Assembly: GCA_965199955.1 (NCBI GenBank)
Contig: CBDATQ010000001.1
Coordinates: forward strand, 2,006,284-2,070,283
Direction: 5' to 3'
Length of the DNA stretch: 64,000 bases
Source of the DNA: Spirochaetia bacterium
GTDB taxonomy: Bacteria; Spirochaetota; Spirochaetia; SZUA-6; Bin103
Below the pieces are notes generated by a model. That model saw only the letters and a program-made list of their open reading frames with translations, was not told the DNA's origin and searched no databases. The number at the start of each line of letters is the position of its first letter. Position 1 is the first letter of the stretch. Of this stretch, positions 1 through 10,499 are shown piece by piece. Position numbers and translations under genes: made by a program.

Positions 1-683
1 CGCTGGCGTGCGTGGAGACCCCCGGTGCTCCGTCCCCCGGAGCCGGCGAGTTGGAATACCTCCTCCGGCGCGGTGTCATCTCGGCGCTCGCCCGGAACGC
101 CTGACCTCTCGGCGCCGACGGCTTCCGATCACTCCGGTGGTGCGTCGCTGCCGCCTCCGACGTCAACGACCGGCCGCACTTCCTCGCCTGGAATGATCAA
201 GGTGGGTGTGGTGCCTTCCGGCGTCATCGAACGTCCGATCGCCGACGCATACCTTCACGGCCTGCAGGGCTCTCTGCGTGATGTGCTCCTGCGGCGCACG
301 ATCGTCGAGGTACAGGTTGTTGTACTGCGCCCACAGCGTGCGCAGCCGGTCCGCCTGGGCGATGCGGGGACGAAAGATGTCGCCCGCAACGACGACCCCG
401 ATGCGCTGCTTGTCGCTGGTGATGATCTCGGGGTCGGTGACGCTGAACGGCACCGCGGAGACGAGACTCGTTTCAACTCCACGAACAGGCCGACGTCGGA
501 GTAGACGCCGGGGCCGACGACGTCGACGATGCGGCCGCTGCGGAACTTGATGCCGACCTCCTGCTCGTTCACCCGGGCCATCACGTAGATGAACCGTGAT
601 CCGAAGAAGATCAGGAACACGACAATGACGATCAACGCCGCAATGCCCAGCCGGGCACTGCCGAAGAGCTTGGGAGAGTCCAC
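1..683 (-). pseudogene. SPFH/Band-7 (HflC/HflK-like) membrane protein; 5' part lies in the window, it carries an internal frameshift and runs off the window start
   Basis: Minus ORF 255..683 reads FIYVMARVNEQEVGIKFRSGRIVDVVGPGVYSDVGLFVELKRVS after a TM-like stretch LGIAALIVIVVFLIFF. Minus ORF 163..453, in a different frame, continues SVTDPEIITSDKQRIGVVVAGDIFRPRIAQADRLRTLWAQYNNLY, the HflC/HflK-stomatin pattern. Local GC is lower than the surroundings. Confidence 0.45.
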
Positions 684-794
684 CTCTTCTTCCTTGCCCG
701 AGTTCCAGTTCAGAGGCTACGGGTCGATAGGGTACGCTGCTGGTTTGATCAGGAACAGACCGTGTGGTAGACAGCGACGGACCGTGGAGGTGTC

Positions 795-1637
795 ATGGCC
801 CAGACGCGACTGACCGAGCAGCAGAAGGCGTTCTTCGCCGACTTCGGGTTTCTGCAGTTCCCCGGCCTGCTGGCCGACTGCATCGACGGGATCATCGACG
901 AGTTCGAGGCGATCTGGACGCGGCACGGGGGTGGCCATCACGGCAAGCCCCACGACGGCGAGCGCCGCTCCTGCATCGTCCCCTTTATCGACCAGAGTGA
1001 GTTGCTGTCGGCGCTGATCGACGCCCCGCGCATCCACGACATCGCCGCCTGTCTGCTGGGCGACGACTTCAACTATGCCGGCAGTGACGGCAATTACTAT
1101 GCCGGCGACACCCGCTGGCACTCGGACGGCTGGAACGTGGACGGACCGCGGTCGATCAAGATCGCCCTGTACCTCGACCCGCTGACGCGGGACACCGGAG
1201 CGCTGCGGGTCATTCCGGGCAGTCACCGGCCCGGCGACACATACGCTGACGCGCTGCAGGAGCAGGTCCGGGAGAGCGAGTCGCTGTGGGGGATCGAGGG
1301 TCCCGACGTGCCGGCGTACGCGCTGGAGACACGGCCGGGGGACGTGGCCTGCTTCAACCACAACACCAAGCACGCGTCCTTCGGCGGCAGCCCGCGCCGC
1401 CGGATGTTCACCATCAACTGCCATGCCCGCTATCCGGAAGAGCGCCTGGACGGGCTGCGCGAGAGGATCGACAGCTTCGCACGCTTCTGGCTGGACCGGG
1501 TGTACGGCGAGGCGATGGTGCGCACCGCCGGCCCGGAGCGCATGGTCCATCTTGAGCAGATCATGGCCAACGACGGGCACCTGGCCGAGCTGTCGCGCCG
1601 CAAACGCGCCGAGATGTCCGAGCCCTCGCGCTCCTGA
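795..1637 (+). CDS. Phytanoyl-CoA dioxygenase (PhyH) family Fe(II)/2-oxoglutarate dioxygenase
   Basis: 280-aa ORF with coding-like GC3 and a PhyH-like layout (HSDG..D, later HNTKHASFG). It lies about 110 bp downstream of the divergent SPFH start. Confidence 0.7.
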   Translation: MAQTRLTEQQKAFFADFGFLQFPGLLADCIDGIIDEFEAIWTRHGGGHHGKPHDGERRSCIVPFIDQSELLSALIDAPRIHDIAACLLGDDFNYAGSDGNYYAGDTRWHSDGWNVDGPRSIKIALYLDPLTRDTGALRVIPGSHRPGDTYADALQEQVRESESLWGIEGPDVPAYALETRPGDVACFNHNTKHASFGGSPRRRMFTINCHARYPEERLDGLRERIDSFARFWLDRVYGEAMVRTAGPERMVHLEQIMANDGHLAELSRRKRAEMSEPSRS

Positions 1638-1741
1638 TCCGCCGGCACCGTGCCCCGGCACCGGCCGACGGGGATTGCACAACACTCGACCGGCAGGCAC
1701 TCTCAACCCTTGATTCCAACCGGAATCGAGGAGGCGAACGA

Positions 1742-2270
1742 ATGAAGAGGCATCTCTCAGTGCTCGCCACCGTCTTCGTTCTGCCCATCCCCACAAGCGG
1801 GCTGTTCGCAGCCGCGCAGGAGGAGATGGCGGCGGAGAAGACGACGTTCAGTGGCTCGGTGGAGGATGGAACACCGAGATCGTGGACGATGGCTGGGCCG
1901 AGCAGATAATCCAGGACAAGTTCGAAGTCGAGATCACACCCGTGAACATCCTGAGGAGCGAAAAGGACAAGCTCAATCTCCTGGTCGCCTCCGGCGACTT
2001 TCCGGACGTGGCGTACTGGAACGCATCGGACCGATACGGCCTGTATTCCGACGGGGTGACGCGGTCCATTCCGGAGTCGTTCTTCCGGCAGTACGCAACC
2101 TGATGGAGGACGGCGCGCTCATCCAGGCGACGATCTCCAAGAACTACCGGGACTATCTCAAGCTGCTCGCCGGCTGGTACGCGGAAGGGCTGATCGACCC
2201 GGAGTTCACGATGCTCAAGAAGACGATCGAGGACGAATACCTGGTCAAGAGGCGATCACCGGAGAGGTAG
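1742..2270 (+). pseudogene. Carbohydrate ABC transporter substrate-binding protein, frameshifted fragments
   Basis: A signal-peptide-like start MKRHLSVLATVFVLPIPTSGLFAAAQ at 1742 is followed by pieces in two frames. These are WAEQIIQDKFEVEITPVNILRSEKDKLNLLVASGDFPDVAYWN and ATISKNYRDYLKLLAGWYAEGLIDPEFTMLKK. GC is about 55-58%, far below the window average. Confidence 0.5.
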
Positions 2271-2470
2271 ACATCGACAGCTCCTGGGACGACTACGTCG
2301 CCCAGTGGCGGAAAGCCGGCGGCGACGAGCTCCTGACCGAGCAGGCCCAGGGGCTCCTCTACGGCGAGTTCATGAACGGCAACATCGTCTACTGATCATC
2401 GTCGGTGAAGCCGGCAAGGAGGGGAGCGGTGCATACACCGCTCCCCTTTCGTTAGAGTGGGGAGAGTTCG

Positions 2471-2757
2471 ATGTCGACGCTCGCGAACAAGGATGTCAGA
2501 AAGGTCATCCGCAGGCAGACCCTCAACAGGGCGAAGCGGATGCACGAGTACTACATCCTGCTCCTCATCCCCGTAATCCTTCTGGTCCTACGAGGTGGCC
2601 GACGTCATCGACACCTAATATTTACCGGTCTGGTTTCGTGGAGCGCCGGTGGGCGTACAACACGGACGTCGTACTGTTCAAGAACGTGGTGGGGCTGATC
2701 CTCTTGATCGGCGCGAACGCCGTCATCAAGCGCTACAGCGAGTACGGGATCTGGTAG
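2471..2757 (+). pseudogene. Carbohydrate ABC transporter permease (LplB-like); only N- and C-terminal fragments remain
   Basis: RRQTLNRAKRMHEYYILLLIPVILLV (N-terminus) and VVLFKNVVGLILLIGANAVIKRYSEYGIW (C-terminus) occur in different frames about 200 bp apart. The middle of the gene is missing. Confidence 0.45.
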
Positions 2758-2769
2758 CGGCAGCGAGCG

Positions 2770-3340
2770 ATGGCAGAGACACTGCAGAGACGGACCGTCG
2801 GCGGCCGGGCGTTCGACTCACTCAACGTCCTGTTCCTGCTGCTCTTCACCGTAACCGTGGTCTACCCGTTCTGGCATCTGATGATCATTTCCTTCTCGGG
2901 CACGGACGACATCGTCACCATGGGACTTCACTTCTGGCTGGACGAATGGCACATCGAGGCGTATCGGTATGTCTTCAGCAGCAACCGGGTGGGCAGAACG
3001 TACGTCAACAGCATCCTGCGGGTGGCCATCGGGACGACCACCGCCATCATCGTGACGCTGTTGGCCGCCTATCCGCTGGCGAAGCGGGACCTCCCGGGAA
3101 GAAATGCCATCACGACGACATTCGTCTTCACGATGTTCGTCGCGGGCGGACTCATTCCCCACTATCTCCGCGTACGAGGCCTGGGCTTGATCGACTCGCG
3201 GTGGGCGCTGGTCCTTCCCGTTGCCCTGGACGTGTTCTGGGTCATCATCATGCGCAACTTCCTGATGGCCATCGACGTGGAGATGGAGGAAGCGGCCTTC
3301 ATGGACGGCGCGAGCGTCAGGACCATATTGGTCAGGATCC
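2770..3340 (+). pseudogene. Carbohydrate ABC transporter permease (LplC/YtcP-like), 3' truncated
   Basis: TM-rich ORF with the EAA-loop-like segment AIDVEMEEAAFMDGASVRTILVRI. It loses similarity after about 3340; the remaining ORF tail to 3522 is antisense to the GH4 relic. Confidence 0.55.
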
Positions 3341-4042
3341 TGCCATACGAATCGCTTCTCCAGAATCCCCTTCAGCACCAGCGGTGCCTCTCCCATGATG
3401 AGGGCTCGAGCACCCCCGGTCTCGGTCACCGCTTCGACCTCGACTTCTGCCGTGGCGGGCAGTTCCAGCAGATCCGCGGCCGCGCTGATTCCACCCTGCA
3501 CGCCGTGGCACAGCCCGTATGACTTGATGCCGGTATATTTTGTGCAGCGCCCGCATGATGGTCGCCATCGGATTGGAGTGACTGAGAAACACCACGGCTG
3601 GACAGCGTTTCTCCATGCGTCTGCAGAGGTCGATGTGGGCGGGGATGGAACGCAGGGCCATCATCATGCCCGCGGGACCGGCGGTGTCGCCTACCGCCAG
3701 TTGGATCCCGAATTTGGCGCAGATTTGCATGTCGGCTGTGGTAATACGAACCATGCACCCCACGAACCATCTCGGCACCGCTGCCGCCTATGGACGAAAG
3801 CGCGTAGTCCGCCCCGTCGACGGCTTTCATCGGGGTCGGCCGTCGAGCGTATGTTCCAGGCGCGCGCCGGCGGCTTCGCTCAACCGCCGTCCGAGGTCTG
3901 CCATGCGCTCCGCTTTCTCGGGGTCGATGTCGTAGAGCACGATATCCGACTCTGCTAATTCTCCTTCTAGAGCCAGGTTTCCGAGGACGTTGCGGAAGTA
4001 GAGGCTGCCGCCCCCGAGGCACATGATCTTGATGGCTGGCAT
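3332..4042 (-). pseudogene. Glycoside hydrolase family 4 (NAD/Mn-dependent glycosidase); N-terminal approximately 160 codons with a frameshift, remainder lost
   Basis: Minus ORF 3827..4042 reads MPAIKIMCLGGGSLYF...IVLYDIDPEKAERM, a Rossmann GGGS N-terminus. Minus ORF 3332..3778 reads GDTAGPAGMMMALRSIPAHIDLCRRMEKRCPAVVFLSHSNPMATIMRAL, the GH4 core, in another frame. No C-terminal half is present. Confidence 0.5.
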
Positions 4043-4056
4043 TCCGGAGTCCTCCG

Positions 4057-5298
4057 GTGATGTTGCGCGCTCGGCCCCAGCACCCTACCATCTTAGCGAT
4101 GCCGAGCGTTCCCGCGGCGGAGATCGATCGCCGCGTGCATGCGGTCCAGGACGAGCTTGTCCGCGAGGACTCGCCGGTCGACCTGCTGCTGGTCGTGCAG
4201 AAGGTGGATCTGTTCTATCTGAGCGGCACCCTCCAGCAGTGTCACCTGGCGCTGCCGGCCGAAGGCGCACCGCGCCTGTTGGTGCGCAAGGTGCGGGAGA
4301 CCGCGGAGGCCGACTCCCCGATCCGGGACATCGTCCCGCTGTGCAGCTTCCGGGAGCTTCCCGGTCACGTCAGGGACCTGTGCGGTGAGCCGCCGTGGCG
4401 GATCGGCATGGAGCTGGACGTGCTGCCGGTCGGACTCTGGCGCACCTACCGGAGCGTGTTCGGTGACGACGCGGAGATCGTTGACTGCTCGCCTGCGCTG
4501 CTGGCGGCGCGCTCGCGCAAGAGTGCGTGGGAGCTCGACCAGTTTCGGGACGCCGCCCGCCTCCATCCGCTGCTGTTCGGCGACCCGCTCCGCCGGTTGC
4601 TGGCCCGGGACGTCTCGTCCTATGACCTGCAGGCGCGGCTGGAGGCCGAGGCGCGCGCGCTCGGCCACTGCGGACTGGTGCGGCTGCGCGGCCTGGACGC
4701 GGAGACCGGCATCGGCATCGCGGTGAGCGGTCCGGACGGCGCCGTGCCGAGCAACTCGATGTTCCCGATCGGCGGCACCGGCCCGCACGCGTGGGTGTCG
4801 CACGGCGGCACGCGCGCACCGCTCCGGCGCGCCGTGCCGGTCATCCTGGACTTCCTGATGAGCACCACCGGCTACCACGTGGACTGCTCGCGCATGGCCG
4901 TGCGCGGCGCCTTCCCGGACCGGGCGGCATCCATCCTGGAGCGGATCGGCGACCTGCTGCGCGGCATGGAGGGACGGCTCAGGGCCGGCGTGCGGCCGTC
5001 GGAGATCTACCGCTCGGCGGTCGATGAGGCCGCGGCGGCGGGGCTGGGGGACGGCTTCATGGGGCCGCCCGGCTATCAGGTAAGCTTCGTGGGACACGGC
5101 GTGGGGCTGGAGGTCAACGAGCTGCCCGTGATCGGTCCGCGCTCGGACCGGCCGCTCGAGTCGGGCAACGTGGTCGCCCTTGAGCCCAAGTACACCGACC
5201 AGGAGTATGGCGTGATCGGAATCGAGAACACCTACGTCGTCACCGAGGGCGGTGCCGAAAAGCTGACCACCGCGACCGAAGCGGTCGTCGAGGGGTGA
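4057..5298 (+). CDS. M24 family metallopeptidase (Xaa-Pro aminopeptidase/creatinase-like)
   Basis: 413-aa ORF. The C-terminal half has the pita-bread fold hallmarks (HGVGLEVNELPVI, EPKYTDQEYGVIGIENTYVVTEGG). An alternative start lies near 4099. Confidence 0.7.
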   Translation: MMLRARPQHPTILAMPSVPAAEIDRRVHAVQDELVREDSPVDLLLVVQKVDLFYLSGTLQQCHLALPAEGAPRLLVRKVRETAEADSPIRDIVPLCSFRELPGHVRDLCGEPPWRIGMELDVLPVGLWRTYRSVFGDDAEIVDCSPALLAARSRKSAWELDQFRDAARLHPLLFGDPLRRLLARDVSSYDLQARLEAEARALGHCGLVRLRGLDAETGIGIAVSGPDGAVPSNSMFPIGGTGPHAWVSHGGTRAPLRRAVPVILDFLMSTTGYHVDCSRMAVRGAFPDRAASILERIGDLLRGMEGRLRAGVRPSEIYRSAVDEAAAAGLGDGFMGPPGYQVSFVGHGVGLEVNELPVIGPRSDRPLESGNVVALEPKYTDQEYGVIGIENTYVVTEGGAEKLTTATEAVVEG

Positions 5299-6365
5299 AG
5301 CGCATGTTTTCCGTCGCGGTCCCGGCGCTGCGCGTCTACATCGCCGAGTTGCTGCAGGCCAAGGGCACGCCCGTGCACATCGCCCGCGTCGTCGCCGACT
5401 CGCTGGTGCTCTCCAACCAGCGCGGCCACGACTCGCACGGCTTCATCCGCGTGGCCCCATACTGCGACTGGATCGACCGCGGCTGGATGGATCCCGCGGC
5501 GGAACCGGAGCGGGTGGTCGACGAACCGCACGTCGTGCAGGTGGACGGCCACTTCGGGTGGGGCCAGTACGTCGGCCGCGTCGCCACAGGGTGGGCGATC
5601 GAGGCGGCGCGCGGCGGGCACTGCGTGCTGACCATCCGGCGCTCTTCGCACTTGGGCCGCATGGGCGAGTTCATGGAGCAGGCGGCCGAGGCGGGGCTGG
5701 TGTGCTTCTCGTTCACGAACACGCACGGCGGCGGGCTGGTCACCGCCCCGCACGGTGGCTGCGAGCGCCGCCTGTCGGCCAACCCGCTGGCGGCCGGCGC
5801 GCCGCTGCCGGACGGCCCGGCGATGATGATGGACATCGCCACCTCCTCGATCGCGGCCGGCAAGGTGCAGGTCGCTGTGGAGCGGGGCGAGGCGCTGGGG
5901 CCCGGCCACCTGGTAGACGGCGCCGGACAGCCTTCCACCGATCCGAAGGCGTACGCCGGTCGTCCGGATGGAACAGAGCCGCCGGGTGCGCTGCTGCCGT
6001 TCGGTGGGCACAAGGGTTACAGCCTGGCGATGTTCTGCGAGGTGCTGGCCGGGGCGCTGACCGGCGCCGGCTGCAGCACGAAGGGCGTGCAGCGTGTGGC
6101 GAACGGGTTCCTGGCGCTGTTCCTGGATCCGGCCGCGTTCTGTGGCGAGGACTTCTACCGCGCCGAGCTGGGGGCGCTCATCCCGCACGTGAAGTCGTCA
6201 CGGCTGATGGCAGGCCACGACGAGATCCTCTACCCGGGCGAACCCGAGGCGCGCGCGGAGGCGGAGCGCCGCGAAGCGGTCACGATCGAACCGTCCACCT
6301 GGGAACGCACCGCGAACGTCGCTCGCGAACTCGGGGTGACCCCGCCGGAAACCAGGGCGCCCTGA
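5295..6365 (+). CDS. Ldh_2 family (malate/L-lactate/ureidoglycolate dehydrogenase type 2) oxidoreductase
   Basis: 356-aa ORF overlapping the upstream stop by 4 nt. Motifs HDSHGF, SSHLGRMGEF and GGHKGYSLAM are typical of the family. Confidence 0.7.
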   Translation: MKRMFSVAVPALRVYIAELLQAKGTPVHIARVVADSLVLSNQRGHDSHGFIRVAPYCDWIDRGWMDPAAEPERVVDEPHVVQVDGHFGWGQYVGRVATGWAIEAARGGHCVLTIRRSSHLGRMGEFMEQAAEAGLVCFSFTNTHGGGLVTAPHGGCERRLSANPLAAGAPLPDGPAMMMDIATSSIAAGKVQVAVERGEALGPGHLVDGAGQPSTDPKAYAGRPDGTEPPGALLPFGGHKGYSLAMFCEVLAGALTGAGCSTKGVQRVANGFLALFLDPAAFCGEDFYRAELGALIPHVKSSRLMAGHDEILYPGEPEARAEAERREAVTIEPSTWERTANVARELGVTPPETRAP

Positions 6366-6399
6366 CCGGCGCGGGGAACTACGGCCCGGCGGGACCGGT

Positions 6400-6991
6400 G
6401 AGAAACAGCACCGTGTCGCTACGCCCGTGACGAAGGTCTCCGGGCCTTCGGGCGCCGGAATCACGGGCCACCCACATCGCTCCAGTCCGCCGCTCCGAAC
6501 ACGACGAACAGCTCTCCCCGTCCGTTGGCGGGACGGGTCAGGGCCAGCACGTCGGGCCGGGGGCGCCGAAGTCGTCGTTACGGAGCACGGTCCGGAACGG
6601 TGACCAGTTGACGAAGTCCCGGCTGGCCGTGCGGCCGACGATGCGCTTAGGGCAGGGGCGCGGTGTCCGGATCGTCCCGCCCGCGGGCTCGGGCCTTGTA
6701 GCGGGGACTGCGGGTGAACACGACGTATTCGCCGGTCACCGGATCCTTGAGCGCACCGTGGCGGTCTCCCGCGCCCGGCAGTCCGTCGCTCGACTCCGCG
6801 TAATTGAGGAAGTTCCGGTCGGACTCCGGCCTGCCGTCGTGGAAGCTCCGGTACCACAGCCGGCAGGTGCCGTTCGGGCCGTCGCGGAGCACGGTCCCGG
6901 AGAGCCCGGCGGCGCGTCCTTCCCAAGCTCGATCCGGTCTCAGATCCGGCTCGGCGGTGCGAGCATCGGGCCGCGCGATCGTCCGCGTCAC
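6400..6991 (-). pseudogene. Beta-propeller glycoside-hydrolase-like relic (GH43/GH32/GH130-like), multiple frameshifts
   Basis: Minus-strand pieces in three frames read GTCRLWYRSFHDGRPESDRNFLNYAESSDGL, RIVGRTASRDFVNWSPFRTVL and DVLALTRPANGRGELFVVFGAADW. There is no continuous ORF. Family assignment is tentative. Confidence 0.3.
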
Positions 6992-7021
6992 GTGCCAGCG
7001 GGCATCAGATGGAGGTGCGGA

Positions 7022-7759
7022 TCATTCACGGCCGGTCTCCCGGGGCGTCTCGTACCCGTACCTCTCCATCGCCGGTGCGAAGAAATCGTAGTAGTTGGGC
7101 CCGGTGTCGGCCTCCCATCGCCCCACCGCCTCGGGCTTCACGGGAATCCGGGCAAGCTTGATTCCCAGGTAGGACTCCAGACGGGCGAGCGTCTCATCCT
7201 GGCGCTGGACGAAATCCTCGAACCGCACCTCGATCCAGTTCCTGGGTCGCGGCGTGGAGCGGACCAGATCGTACTGGTACTTCCACGACATGGCCCGACG
7301 CAAGCGGGCGTCGTGCGTGGTCGGACAGGCAACGCCCCAGTCGCTGAGGTCGTCCGTTTTGTGCTTGCCGATGATGCAGTCGCGCGGGTTGCGGATCCAG
7401 AAGATATACCGGACATCCGGGAACATCCTGACGATCCAGGGAAAGGTCAGCGTAGTCTCCGGGATCTTCCATCCCCGGTGCTCCGCCCGGCTCGTCAGCA
7501 TGCTGTGCAGATACGACCGGATCAGCGGCTCGAACTCGCTCGGAATGGGCATCGAGTGGAGATCGCTGAAATCCCACTGCAGCCCTCCCAGCCAGCGAAC
7601 GTGTCTGGCGATGAGACGGGACGCCTCGTACATCGCCTGCGGCGGAAGCAGATCACCCGAGACGTTCAACGGCTCGCCCATCCACACGCCGCTGGCCGAG
7701 AGCGTGTGCGACATGGCTCGCGTGCCGGAGTGACCCCGCCCGATGATGGTGGTCAGCAT
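7022..7759 (-). CDS. Sulfotransferase family protein
   Basis: 245-aa ORF with a PAPS-binding P-loop-like IIGRGHSGT and a later RNPRDCIIGKH segment, as in the Sulfotransfer_3 family. Confidence 0.65.
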   Translation of the reverse strand: MLTTIIGRGHSGTRAMSHTLSASGVWMGEPLNVSGDLLPPQAMYEASRLIARHVRWLGGLQWDFSDLHSMPIPSEFEPLIRSYLHSMLTSRAEHRGWKIPETTLTFPWIVRMFPDVRYIFWIRNPRDCIIGKHKTDDLSDWGVACPTTHDARLRRAMSWKYQYDLVRSTPRPRNWIEVRFEDFVQRQDETLARLESYLGIKLARIPVKPEAVGRWEADTGPNYYDFFAPAMERYGYETPRETGRE

Positions 7760-7826
7760 CGGTGGCCCACACCGAGCAGATGGAGGTGCCGAGCGTTCAC
7801 AGCGGGTCTCACGGGTTCAGGATAGG

Positions 7827-8852
7827 ATGGAGGCGATGGATGCGCATCCTGAGGTCGTCGAGGCCGCCGAACAGGGCGTCGCGTGGCTGAGAGAGCGGAT
7901 CGATTTCGATGGCGCGATCGGGGGGAGCGACGCACCGGGGCTCTACTTCAAGGTGCCGGCGGCGCTGGCGCTGAACGGCAGGCGGGGAGTCGCCGTCCGC
8001 GTGCTCGACTGGATCGCCGATCACCTGCTGGCGGCCGACGGCACGCTCAAGCTCGCAGCCGCGGTCGAACGGGGGCGTCCGAACACCTACGACCGCGGCT
8101 GGCTGGCATGGGGGGCGGCGCTCTGCGAGCGCTACGACCTGCAGCAGGCGCTGACGGACGACGTGGCCGCCTACCAGGACCGGCGCACGGGCGGGTTCTG
8201 GGACTCGGCTGTCGCCCGGTCGTCGCAGGCCGGATTGCAGGGCGCGATGACCGCCGGAATGGCCGGCCTGGCGCTGCTCGCGGCCGGCCGGATCGAGCCT
8301 GCGCGTCAGGCGGCACGGTTCCTGGATGAGCTCTGGGACGGGCAGGCGAGCCTGGACGACGGGTTCGATGCCAACCGGCAGGTGCCGGCTGACTGGGATG
8401 GGCGCGACGGACGCGCGCCGCCGTTCTACCGCGAGCGCACCTCCCGCCACTACGTCGACCTGCATGGCATGGCGCAGCGGCCCGCCCGCTTCGGGCCGGC
8501 GATCGCGTTGCTGGTGCGGTTGCACCGCCTCACGGGCGACCGCGTCCATCTGGCCTGCGCCCGCCGCTACGCCGATCTCTTTCTGCGCCGGGACGAACTC
8601 TATCTGTGCGTGGAGTGTCACAAATATCTCTGGGCGCTCTGCGAGCTGCAGCAGCTCATCCCCGAGAAGGATTACCGCGCCGCGGCAGGCAACTGCGCCC
8701 GATATCTCGTGGCGGCGCAACAGACGGATGGAAGCTGGCACCCGGAGGCATCGGCGACCGGCGGAGAGCCGAGTCTGGAGGAGGTGCTCAACGTGGTCGG
8801 CAACGTCCTGGCCGGCCTCGCCTACTACCGCATCCACCTGGACCACGTGTAG
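7827..8852 (+). CDS. Alpha/alpha-toroid repeat protein (prenyltransferase/terpene-cyclase-like repeats), function unknown
   Basis: ORF 7743..8852; ATG at 7827 (MEAMDAHPE) is the likely start. It has repeated aromatic/Gly-rich helical hairpin repeats and a QQTDGSW motif resembling the Q-x-x-D-G-G-W repeats. Confidence 0.45.
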   Translation: MEAMDAHPEVVEAAEQGVAWLRERIDFDGAIGGSDAPGLYFKVPAALALNGRRGVAVRVLDWIADHLLAADGTLKLAAAVERGRPNTYDRGWLAWGAALCERYDLQQALTDDVAAYQDRRTGGFWDSAVARSSQAGLQGAMTAGMAGLALLAAGRIEPARQAARFLDELWDGQASLDDGFDANRQVPADWDGRDGRAPPFYRERTSRHYVDLHGMAQRPARFGPAIALLVRLHRLTGDRVHLACARRYADLFLRRDELYLCVECHKYLWALCELQQLIPEKDYRAAAGNCARYLVAAQQTDGSWHPEASATGGEPSLEEVLNVVGNVLAGLAYYRIHLDHV

Positions 8853-8873
8853 CGCGACCCGCACGCCGACCGG

Positions 8874-9430
8874 TCAGGCGACGATCCTCTCCTGCAGCGC
8901 CGGCAGCGCAAAGGCCAGGCCGACGCTCACCACCAGGCCGGCGACGATCTTGGCGAAGTCGAAGAGCACCAGCCGGGACACCTCGCGGCGGCTGCGATGG
9001 CGCTGGTTCCAGGCGATGGCGATCTCACGTCCTGCCAGCAGGCCCACGAACACCCAGGACGTGCTCATGGGGATGTTGCTCACCTCCTTGAACAGGAGCA
9101 GCACGACGCCGTAGATGAGATCCACGAAGGTCGCCGAGCGAATGTCGGTGGTGTTGGTCTTGGTCAGGACCGCCTTCTGGATGACGCCGCCGCGGGTGGC
9201 GAAGATGACGGCGTGCAGCAGCATCATCACCCCGACCGCCATGAGAAACCAGGCCGGGGACAGTTGCCGCGGCAGGAACACGAAGATGTTGGCAAGGTCC
9301 TGGATCAGCCATTGGCTCCACAGGAACCCAGTCGAGCACCACTGGGCGGCAATCCACCAGTTGCTGACCGGCCCCGCGTCCGGCTGAATCGGGACTCCAG
9401 GTGCCGGGTGACGAATCGATAGACCAGGAT
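8874..9430 (-). pseudogene. PiT-family inorganic phosphate transporter, C-terminal fragment
   Basis: The C-terminal approximately 160 aa of minus ORF 8874..9671 read IFATRGGVIQKAVLTKTNTTDI...SNIPMSTSWVFVGLLAGREIAIAW, the PHO4/PiT pattern. Upstream residues are Arg/Pro-rich junk. GC is locally reduced. Confidence 0.45.
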
Positions 9431-9514
9431 GGCGATCACGAACGAGCACGAAACCCACCACCATCAGCACCTCGGTCGGGATCACGGTTCGGTCAGAGCC
9501 AGGTTGCCGGAGGT

Positions 9515-10452
9515 TCAGCGATCGCCGGCGGCCCAAGCGTACGGGCCGGCGCCATGCGCGCGGATCACGGCGGCGATCCCGGCACGCAGATCGGCGGCGA
9601 GGGACCGGTGCGTTTCGATCAGGTTGGACATCTCGTCGGGATCGGCGTGCAGGTCGTACAGCTCCTCGCACGGATCGAAGCGGTGGCGGATGTACTTCCA
9701 GCGGCCGTCGCGGACCATGATCGTCCCCGCCAGCCGTTCCGGGGATTCATCCGGCTCGCGCTCCAGCGCGCGGATCTCGGAGAGCACCGGCGCTGACGGC
9801 GGCTCGGTTCCCGACAGCAGCGCCGGGGCGAGCGAGCGGCCGTGAAATGCGGCCCGGGCCGAGATCCCGGCCAGCTCCAGGAGTGTGGGCACCAAGTCCA
9901 CTCCGCCCACCGGACGCCGCAGCCGGGCGCCGGCGATGATCCGGCCCGCGCAGCAGCCACGGCACCCTGACCGACTGCTCGTACATCATCGACTTCGCGT
10001 ACGGGCCGTGCTCGCCCAGGCTCTTGCCGTGGTCGCTGATGAAGCAGACGAGGGTGTCCCCGGCCGCGCCGGCGTCCTCGAGCGCAGCGAGCAACCGGTC
10101 GAGCTGGCGGTCGACATGGGTGCAGAGCGCGTAGTAGTGCGCGGCGATCCGCCGCATGATCCGCACGCCGAACCGCGGTGCCGCGTGATGGCCCGAGCCG
10201 CGCAGGACGCCGGCTTTCCCGTCAGGTCAGCCCGGTCAGCCAGCTCGCGCGCGCGGGCGAGCAGACCGGCGAGGAGCAGCAGGCGGTTTCCAGGACCGTC
10301 CGCTGCGTGGCAAGACGTTCCAGCGTCGGGGTCTGCACCGCCGGGTCGCCCGCGAAGTCGGTGCTGGCAGCCCGCCACTGGTCGCATATGACCAGCAGGA
10401 TGTTCGGATGCCGGGGCATGCCGCAGAGTGGGGCTAGCGCACACCGCGTCAA
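9515..10452 (-). pseudogene. Sulfatase (formylglycine-dependent) split into three frames
   Basis: Minus ORF 10222..10452 reads NILLVICDQWR...CSPARASWLTG, the CxPxR FGly motif. Minus ORF 9747..10166 reads LVCFISDHGKSLGEHG. Minus ORF 9515..9910 carries the sulfatase C-terminus. At least two frameshifts separate them. Confidence 0.65.
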
Positions 10453-10499
10453 ACCGCCTGTTGTGGCGAGCGTGCCCGCTGGTCACAATTCCGGTCGGA

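Noticed and set aside
10391-10499. Possible purine riboswitch upstream of the nucleoside ABC transporter
   Set aside because: No match to the conserved purine-riboswitch core or three-way junction could be seen by eye. An infernal/Rfam scan would be the proper test.
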